A DNA stretch of 64,000 nucleotides. Source: Octopus vulgaris. Taxonomy: Eukaryota. Location of the stretch: contig OX597814.1 in assembly GCA_951406725.2 (NCBI GenBank), positions 119,722,001-119,786,000 on the forward strand, in the 5' to 3' direction. A model generated the notes under the pieces. That model worked only from the letters and a program-made list of their open reading frames with translations. It was not told where the DNA came from and ran no database searches. This document shows, piece after piece, positions 55,251 through 64,000 of this stretch. Made by a program: the position numbers and the translations under genes. How positions within the stretch are numbered: the stretch's first letter is position 1; every line of letters begins with the position of its first letter.

Positions 55251-55640
55251 TTAGTAGTATCACCCGGTGTTGCTTGGGTTTGTTTCGACCTTTTAGAATT
55301 GGAATTTTTGAAAAGTAAAAATTTCGCATTATGCAACTTGTTATTCTCTTCAAATGAACATTTTTCCAGTTGAAATACACAGAAAAATGGTGACACAGCA
55401 GTCAAAAATCGTAAAAAAATAGGTATTTTCATAGAAAAAAAGCACCTTTTTGATGTAAATAATTTTTGGTGTTAACATGGTACGATTTGAATTTTATCTA
55501 CTACAGAATGAAGAGCACGCCTTCTTCTAACATACTCTCAATTTTAGTCAACTTGCGCTGCAGGGTTTCGACGGAGATAGTGTTAGTTGAAGGCTACCAA
55601 ACCTGCCACACACAGACAACTTCAGCTTTATATATAGAGA
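55251..55640 (-). mobile_element. Non-autonomous Helitron-like element
   Basis: The minus strand begins A|TCTCTATATATAAAG and ends with the GC hairpin cccaagcaacaccggg followed by ...ctaCTAA|T (a CTAG variant). It lies between A and T with no TSD or TIR. Confidence 0.7.
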
Positions 55641-56338
55641 TTTGTTACACACTAATTTCCATCCTTAATAATGAAACTTGGTTGATCCAAAAGTTAAACA
55701 CACAGACACACACACAGATACACAAGTTGAGTTTTATATATATAGATTCCTCAACGGGGATTTCAGGGAAGAGTTTCAGGGAGTCGCTGGCGATGTATCG
55801 TGATGATCAAAAATCTGGCCTGCTAAAATTTGGTTAAAGTGATTCAGACTGCAGACTCAACGCAAAATGGTCACATTTAATTCAAAGCGTTAAACATGTT
55901 ATGGAAACAATTGGTATGTGTTCACAAAGTCCAAACGATTAATACGAAAAAACCCTCCAGGCTACATCCTGAAAATTCATTTCTTTACCGAATTTCTACA
56001 ATGTTTCCGGCGATTCATTTTTATATCTTGATTTTTAAAAAATTTTTCATGCAATTTGCGCATGTTTGCACGCGTGGTGAACACAGTTCACGTCAAACAG
56101 CTGAGTGAGTAAAGTTCACTATTCAATGCATGGGATATGGCCTAAACAAACACATTATCGATTTCTGCACTTGCGAGATGAATTTTGGAACAGAAATAGC
56201 GCAGTTCAATTTTCATTCGCCAAAACTTTAAGTGACCCAACTTTGGTGGTTCTACGAATTGTTAGCTAGGAGGAAATGTGCCGGGAAGTTAAACACACAG
56301 ACACACACACAGATACACATACAGACACACAGGTTGAG

Positions 56339-56345
<7 letters not shown>
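55641..56345 (-). mobile_element. Additional Helitron-like 5' segments (two related termini)
   Basis: aagttaaacacacagacacacacacagatacac...gttgagtt-(TA)n occurs at 55691-55747 and again at 56286-56345. The first ends in tatatagat (A|TC on the minus strand). Confidence 0.5.
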
Positions 56346-56371
<26 letters not shown>

Positions 56372-56590
56372 TGTGTGTGCATGTTTGTGTGTGTGTTTGT
56401 CCCCCAAACATCGCTTGACAAATGATGCTGGTGTGTTTAGGTCCCCGTAACATGGCGGTTCGGCAAAAGAGACTGATAGAATAAGTATTATGCTTACAAA
56501 GAATAAGTCATAGGGTCGAATTGCTCGACCAAAGGCGGTGCTCCAGTATGGCGGCAGTCAAATGACTAAAACAAGTAAATGAGTAAAAGA
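56346..56590 (+). mobile_element. SINE family A, 3' half
   Basis: gtgtttgtcccccaaacatcgcttgacaa...ggcggtgctccagtatggcggcagtcaaatgactaaaacaagta. Confidence 0.88.
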
Positions 56591-56615
56591 AATACATATA
56601 CATATAATACGTATG

Positions 56616-56647
<32 letters not shown>

Positions 56648-56773
56648 TATATATATGTACAGACATATATACATAAATATTTATATATATACACATATGT
56701 ATATATACATATACACATATATGTTTATACCCATATACATACCCATATATACATATATATACATATATACATA

Positions 56774-56813
<40 letters not shown>

Positions 56814-59800
56814 GACATATATACATATAGATATATTTAGTTATGTAGAGAGATAGATTGTTAGATATATAGACACAAATATGTGAGTGTGCTGAAAAAT
56901 TATTGGCTTTGATTAAAAGAAAATACAGGTGTATATGTAGTCCATCATTTTATTTATGCCCTCTAAAAGAACTCGGAATATTGGTCCTCGAACCATGATT
57001 TTCTTGTTGCCCTTGAATGCAGGAATTTTTCAGTACCCTTTGTATATATGAGAAAATTGAACATACTTCATAAGAGGTTATGTTTTACATCCTAATAATC
57101 AGGCTTATTCAAACAACAGTCACCGGTTTCGGAGCAAAGTTCCCAGATATACTTTCCACAGCAGCATACTAAATTGTAGCCACACATATTGACTTTGATA
57201 ATGTAATTCACTACAGCAGCGGTCCTGGCAGTGGTAATGTTGCCAGTGGCTAAAAATTCATGGCAATCCATGTTTCACGGAGTTTTATTCATTTGTCATA
57301 TTAACACGTCATATTCATGACTCCCTGTTCAGTGAGTCAGTTCCAGTAGAGCATCTGTAGCTAACTGTAATTGTAAAAAGTAAAGAACTTTTCATTCTAT
57401 CACGTTCTCACAATTGTATGAAAATTATAGTTTCTGTGATTGTCGTAGCTTTCAGTCCATGTTAAACATTTTAAGATTGTACACAATGTAAATCAAAGCA
57501 TAATACACCATTGAATTGCTGCTTCTCTATAAACACAGTTATATGACACTGTGTCAAATAGTGGGCTATGTCAGTCAGGTGCTATGATACTTGGTTATCC
57601 CATGGTGAGTATGAAATCTCCATGGAATTTATATGCTACATGAAATAATTTGTGTCAGAGATTCCCTTTAAAATATTCAATAAAATATTGCCAATTGTAA
57701 AGAATAACGAGTTAAATAAGACATTGTGTCATTTATTCTAATTGTCTCATCTTAGAAAATTACTGCTCCTGGTATATTCTATTGTAAGTCGTAATATTTA
57801 CATGAAGATTGCAACAATAAGAAATATTCATGCGATTAACAGATTAACAACTGGAGATAATAACTATTTAGCTTTAATAAATATAATTATGTGGAAATAT
57901 GCAAATTTAGAATCCCATTTTTCTGAAGTGGTTCAATGTAGGTAATTGTTATGTTTTAAAATCTGGTGATGGTGACTGCAGCATGAAAAATAGAATGAAT
58001 TAAAGAGGTGATACTCAAGAAAGCTGTAGCTACATGTTGGATTTATTGATACATGATTTAGTGAGATTTAGTTGTTGTCACACAATAGTGATATGCTTGG
58101 AAGGAGAGAGAGAGAGACAGAGAGGGAAAGAAAAAGAAAGCGCAATACAGGAAAAGAGAATGTGAGAGATTTGGATCGTAAGTTGGGGTGAATTTGGTGT
58201 ATAGCTAGCTATTTTATAAAATACTTCGACTTAATATCAATAAAAGAAATACTGTGTTTATAAACCAGTGATTGCCGTGCGTCGGTTAGTCAGCCTTTGT
58301 CAACAGCACATCCGAATGTGAAAATTCTATCAACGTATGACATTCGCCGCATTATTATTGGTTCTTTTTTCATTCAGATTTTCAAATATATACGAATATG
58401 TTTCCCAAACGATAAATGAGGTTCTTTGATGTTCTTGCTTTTCTTAAGGATGTTAGTGTTACGAGTGTAATGAAACAGCTCAAACGTGAATGGAAAGCGT
58501 ACGGATGTTATATAGTGAGAACTGACCTTTTGTTCTCTGATATTTCTTCGCTCGCTACATCATTAATCATTTCTTTATAAAACCACAAGTCATCAAATTT
58601 ATCGGAGAAAGGGGTTTAGAAAGTATAAAGTTCGTTTTATAAAGTTTGATAGTTAACTGGTTTCAGTGATATGAAATATCTACAAACGAATCTAAAGTTG
58701 TGGTCTCAGAACGGATGTGGATTGCAGCTATCTTTGCTTCTCAATAGTTCACACATAAATGCCAAGACATTTTATTTAGTAGGGTGATATTAATACTTGA
58801 TTCGAATGCTTCAAGAAACTCCCTTACCGTGACGAATATATTATTTAATGAAAGCTATATTTTTTGTTTTTATTATTAAAAAATCTTTGCTGTACTTAAA
58901 CGAAGGCCTGAAATTAAGTAACATACCTTAACTGAAATAGGGTACAACTGAATCCGGTGACCCATTGTCCATTGGGCCTACATTGCCTTAATAACAATGA
59001 ATATAATTGATAAACAATAGACAGAACTGCATAGGTGTGAGTGCTAGATTGATTCTCTCGTGAACATTTCAGCGTTTTAATTGTATCATATTTGATTGTT
59101 ATTGCAATGTTTTCGGGAAAAAAACATAAAAATAAAAAGAGAAAATTGGTAATATTTTTCTTGTCAAAAGATTTGTTTAATTGGATGTTTATGTATTGCA
59201 ACTATATATTTTTTTCCTTAATTCAAACATTTTCTACTGATGACATCTTCATTCAGTTGTCATCGGAAAGAAAATTGTTATTGCTCTAAATATTTAATAA
59301 TTCGTCATTTTTTGTAATATTTAATTATATTTTATTTGATTTACATTGTTTAATTTTAAATATTACTTTTGTTATTGTTTTGGACAGTTTAAATAAAGGT
59401 TCGCAAATCATTTTTTCTTTATTTAAATGACGCAGCACAATAGGAAAAATATAATTTGTTATGTTTATATTATGGGAAATGGTTTCAGTGTGAGAATCAT
59501 GACTGCGCGATGTGTGTCACAGTAATGAAATCATCATCTACCACTATATAATCGAAGTCACGAAAGTGGCTTGTAGAAACCTTATTTCTGATGCATGCAA
59601 ATTCAGACTTCTCATGAATAATATGAAGCATTTAAATTCAGCCTGGGGGAAAAAAATGGTTTCGGTAGATCAGGAAATACGCCGTAGTTATTGATCTAAA
59701 AATAAACATTGTTTCATTTTAAACTCCTTCGTTGTTATTGCTTTTAATACCTCTGGTGCAGGCGGAATGAAGCTCGGCTCATTGGTATTGATAAAGGAAC

Positions 59801-59860
59801 AGTGCAACTAAAGCTGTGTTGCAGTGATCAGATAAAAGAAAATATCAATATGACTATCAG

Positions 59861-60080
59861 GGCGGCGAGCTGGCAGAATAGTTTTGATTATCGGTAGTTC
59901 ATCTGCCTTTACGTTCTGAGTTCAAATTCCGCTGAGGTCTACTTTGCCTTTCATCCTTCCGGGATCGATTAAATCAGTACCAGTTATGCACTGGGATCGA
60001 CGTAATCGACTTAATCGCTTTGTCTGTCCTTGATTGTCTCCTCTATGTTTAGCCCCTTCCCCTATTGGCTCTAAATAAAT
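59861..60080 (+). mobile_element. SINE family B copy
   Basis: ggcggcgagctggcagaa...ttacgttctgagttcaaattccgctgaggtctactttgcctttcatccttccgggatcgat. Confidence 0.88.
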
Positions 60081-60968
60081 ACATATATCTAACAATACAT
60101 ATAACATAACAAGGCCAAATGTTATGTTATAAATTATTAAAATTTCACATTGAATTATGGTTCAATTATGTTTTAACCAACTCGTTTGTAAATAATACTA
60201 ACCCACAATCAAGACGCTGAGAAATGAACTTTTCTCTCCTAAATTATCATAGTCTGTTTCACAATGAATTATATTATGCAAAATATCAGTTATAATATTT
60301 ACAGATACGATAAATATTAAATATGATGCTTGGATATAAACAATACTAACGTAAATGAAGTAATAGGCTGTATGTTTCAGGTTAATGTGCAGTGTGATTG
60401 AAATGCCCGTGGAATTTTACACTATATTTCAATATTTTTATGTCCACTGATTCCAATTTTATTATTCCAATACAATTTTAGATGTAATTTAGTTACTTCG
60501 AAATAATATTCGGTTTATGCTTCCTGAAAGTCTTATAATACGTATTCAAATTTATGCCTAAATTCACAATCGCAGCCGAATAAAAATTACATACGCAAGT
60601 GCACACATATTGTTAACAAGAGTCAAAACAAGGACAGCCATCATGAAGATATTCAGTAAAGAAAGATTTAAAAAAAATAAAATTAGAGCAGACACTTAAC
60701 TCAAATATATGCAGGTTTTATATGTGATTTACTTAGAAATCATTTGATGATCACATACTTTGTAGGCTGGCCAATGAGATATAAGTTAAACCTATGAGGA
60801 ACAACCGATCATCCATGAAACAAGTGAAGTTAATCTCCAATAGTTCTCTGCGAACGAGGCAAGTATCCAATGATAATAGTATAATTCAACATAGTTGAGA
60901 ATCATTTTATACTACTTCCCGTTTGTGCGTTTATACATACATATATCATAATTTGAAACTGACTTATT

Positions 60969-61189
60969 GAAGTCCACCTGAAGATTGTCGATCAAGACAA
61001 GAAACGATTGTAGTGGCGGTTTTTTTGACTATTTATTAAAATTTTATGTATTGATTAAGTCTTTCCTTGTTTGTTTTGCAAAATAGTGGTTTTGTCTCTA
61101 ATAATATTTTATAATATTTTACTATAAAATTGGATTTAATCCTAAATCTGATTTTTTTCCCTGTAAATTTGGATTTATTCCCTAGTATT

Positions 61190-61195
<6 letters not shown>
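60969..61195 (+). mobile_element. Penelope-like pLTR fragment, copy A
   Basis: Begins with a hammerhead, ends in (TA)n, and is homologous to 62729-62870 on the minus strand. Confidence 0.7.
60974..61016 (+). ncRNA. Minimal hammerhead ribozyme
   Basis: ccac CTGAAGA ttgtc gatcaa gacaa GAAA C-gatt-G TA gtgg. The core is intact and stems I and II pair perfectly. Confidence 0.8.
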
Positions 61196-61229
<34 letters not shown>

Positions 61230-61230
61230 G

Positions 61231-61283
<53 letters not shown>

Positions 61284-61718
61284 GAACACGAATTTGAATT
61301 ATGGATTAGAAAATAAAGAGAAATGATAAAATGTATAATTTCTGACTGACTGGTTGAATTGTATTACCATTTCCTACCGATATACGTCTGTTGTCTGTGC
61401 AGTATTAGTGTATGTCTATCTTAGTTGAAAAGTGGATATTCTGGAACATATTCATCTTTAGTGAAGGTTTTTATACGACACTAATCTATACATATATTGC
61501 CGATTGTCGTTGAAGCAATACAGAGACTACAATTTAATTCACCATCAAAGACGCCAAGAAAAATATATTTGTTTATGATTAGACGCCATGCACAACTTCT
61601 GATTGTAATCCAATACATCAGACATATATCACTAAAATTGAAACACGCGCCGTATAAATTAGAACACCCTTGTACTCACGCACACACGTGTGAGTGCATG
61701 GAACCGTACATTCAAATA

Positions 61719-61775
<57 letters not shown>

Positions 61776-61779
<4 letters not shown>

Positions 61780-61824
61780 CCAGCATGGCCACAGCTCATG
61801 AGCTGAAACTAAATCAAATCAAAT

Positions 61825-61829
<5 letters not shown>
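61776..61829 (+). mobile_element. Isolated LINE/SINE 3' tail with (AAATC)n terminal repeats inside (TA)n
   Basis: tgccccagcatggccacagctcatgagctgaaact(aaatc)3. The stem-loop tail resembles the family A SINE tail. Confidence 0.7.
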
Positions 61830-61861
<32 letters not shown>

Positions 61862-61866
<5 letters not shown>

Positions 61867-62127
61867 AAGAATAGGATAAAATCTCTATAAGAATTTATCA
61901 AGCAGTCAGCGTAAAAAAAAAACATATAAGAGAAAAATTCTAAGAATTTTTTCACTTAAATATATATATTTATATTATGTAGAGGGCATTACTACACATA
62001 AATGCCCAATATATAATATAAAAAGATGTATTTTAGTGAAAAAATCGGTGGATTTTTTCTCTTATGAGGTTTTTTCACGCTGACTACTTGATAAATTCTT
62101 ATAAACATTTTATACTATTTTTAAATT
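61862..62127. repeat. Long imperfect palindrome next to (TA)n
   Basis: tataagaatttatcaagcagtcagcgt pairs with acgctgactacttgataaattcttata. The arms extend about 120 bp each. Confidence 0.9.
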
Positions 62128-62292
62128 GTAAATTAAATCGGAGTATATTCAGTACTTAATTTTAATTCAGAATAAGCACGTTGTTACCGAAATGCAATTC
62201 GAAAACACCCGCCGTTTACATTTCTATATGCTACGTTTGATACGATGTTTGTTCGTTTGGTACGTTGATTTTGTTCATTCATTATACATTTT

Positions 62293-62369
62293 GAATTATG
62301 CTTGCACTGATGCGTAAAGAGTGCACTACTGAACTGATTATGAAATCACGGGGATCTGCAGTTAAATTC
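62293..62369 (+). ncRNA. Degenerate hammerhead ribozyme
   Basis: ttgca CTGATGC gtaa...ttat GAAA tc-acggg-ga TC tgcag. All elements are in the correct order, with one core mismatch (A9 to C). Confidence 0.5.
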
Positions 62370-62483
62370 TCTTTTAAATTACGGGCTTTGAGAGTTGCAT
62401 TCGGTACGATGTGTTTATTTATCTAAGTAGTTTTGACATTCAGAGCCCCTCCTAGCACGTGGCATTTATGTGTAGTAATACCC

Positions 62484-62560
<77 letters not shown>

Positions 62561-62670
62561 TTAAACGATATATGTGATATGTATATACGATATATATCGG
62601 TATATATAGACACAGGATATATATATAAACACACACGATATATATACATATATATACAATATATATATAT

Positions 62671-62716
<46 letters not shown>

Positions 62717-62728
62717 ATATATATATAT

Positions 62729-62870
62729 AATATAATTCGAGACAAAACCACTACTTTGCAAAACAAACAAGGAAAGACTTAATCAATACATAAAAATTTT
62801 TAATATAAAGAAATAAACCGCCACTACAATCGTTCCATGTCTTCAATGACATTCGTCAGGTGGACTTTCG
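62729..62870 (-). mobile_element. Penelope-like pLTR fragment, copy B, with hammerhead at 62821-62863
   Basis: Minus strand reads ccac CTGACGA atgtc attgaa gacat GGAA C-gatt-G TA gtggcggttt...gattaagtctttccttgtttgttttgcaaa, homologous to 60969-61107. Confidence 0.75.
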
Positions 62871-62874
62871 ATCT

Positions 62875-64000
62875 CCTAATCTGCCGTGAGGTAGGTTCCT
62901 CTGGGACTCTTGACAGGAAGATGTCCAGCTTTGATTTAAAAACCGCTACATCTACTTTGTGCAAGTTCCTCAGACTCTTTGGGAGAATATTAAAAAGCTG
63001 TGGGCCCTTGAAACCCAGGCTGTTGCAGAAGCTGGTCCTGAAGCATGATAGCATTGCTGGGATCTTTGGCACTATGCAGTGTCGTCCCGTTCTAGCATTG
63101 GTGTAGCTTACAATGCCAAAATTTGGCACATTTCATTCCAGGATATTCCAGACATATATTACTGCATACCTCTCCCGTCTTCTCTCCAGGGAGTAGAGTC
63201 TTAGCTGTTTCAACCTTTCACAGTAGCTGAGCTGTTGCAAAGAGATGATCTTCTTTGTTAATCTTCTCTGGATTGCTTCAAGGTCCGCTGTTAATTTTAC
63301 ACTGGTGGGTGACCATAGCTGTGAGAAGTAATCCAGGCGGCTGAGGACGAATGTCCGCCAGAGGACCATCATGGTTTCCTTATCTCTGGTTCTGAATGTT
63401 CTTAGGATCCACCCAGCCAGTCGTCTGCACTTTGTCGCTATCCTGGTAATGTACACTTGGAAAGAGGTATCATCACTCATGTCGATACCCAGGTCCCTCA
63501 CAGACTTAGGCCTGGGATTGAAATTCCCTGTAGACCGGTGTATCCTGTAAGTTTAATATTCAGTTTTGGATGCTAGTAGCGCAGGGCCTGTAATTTTTCA
63601 GCATTAAACTGCATATTATTATCCTCAGCCCATCTGTAGATTGAGTCCAACTCCTGCTACAGGTGTGCAACATCGCTGGGGTTCTGTATTTTCTGCGAGA
63701 CTTTCGTATCGCGTGCATAGCTGGCCGGAGTGGCTATCCGGGCATTTGAGGGCATATCTGAGAGGGCCACTATAAAAAGCAGTGGTCCCAAGGCAGTGCC
63801 CTGTGGAACACCGCTCACTATTTGTGTGTTCATAGAGGTGGCTCCATTAACCACTACTGCCTGACTCCTATCTTTCAGGAAGTCATGCAACCACACTCCA
63901 GGTTTTCCAACTATGCCGAGGTCACGCAGTTTGTGGCATATCATACCATGATCCACCTTGTCAAAAGCTTTTGCAAAATCAAGGTAGATTACGTCCACAT
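62875..64000 (-). mobile_element. CR1-group LINE ORF2 fragment, disrupted; continues past the window end
   Basis: DVIYLDFAKAFDKVDH, SGVPQGTALGPLLF, a mutated catalytic motif YARDTK, RDLG, WILRTF, LYSLERRRERY and FKSKLDIFLSRVPEEP, spread over three frames. The native 3' tail is absent. Confidence 0.95.

Noticed and set aside
56880-57420. Possible mariner-type relic (gtgctgaaaaattattggct resembles a Tc1/mariner TIR)
   Set aside because: No matching second TIR or transposase motif could be confirmed.
62246-62266. tttgttcgtttgg resembling miR-375
   Set aside because: Only the first bases match, there is no precursor hairpin, and it lies within a repeat unit.

Overview
This is AT-rich eukaryotic DNA, intergenic or intronic, saturated with (TA)n, (CA)n, (GATA)n and (GA)n microsatellites. 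The SINE families resemble those of octopods, so a cephalopod (probably Octopus) origin is inferred. No host protein-coding gene is recognisable, and almost all listed ORFs are microsatellite or SINE artefacts. The real coding sequence is all retroelement-derived: two disrupted CR1-group LINE reverse transcriptase fragments (48.3-49.7 kb, +; 62.9-64 kb, -) and a 5'-truncated but open Penelope-like (Naiad-type) ORF with a GIY-YIG endonuclease (49.8-51.1 kb). The window also holds many tRNA-derived SINEs, an 8-bp-TSD MITE, and a composite non-autonomous Helitron nested in a SINE. The most interesting signal is a set of about five unrelated short elements carrying minimal hammerhead ribozyme motifs. 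They abut (TA)n arrays and are often paired with inverted fold-back copies. One has a tRNA-like Pol III head, making it a candidate Penelope-mobilised SINE/retrozyme. A perfect 83-bp inverted duplication of the target flank at the 5' junction of the Naiad insertion suggests (TA)n fold-back priming during integration. All alignments and RNA folds were done by eye.
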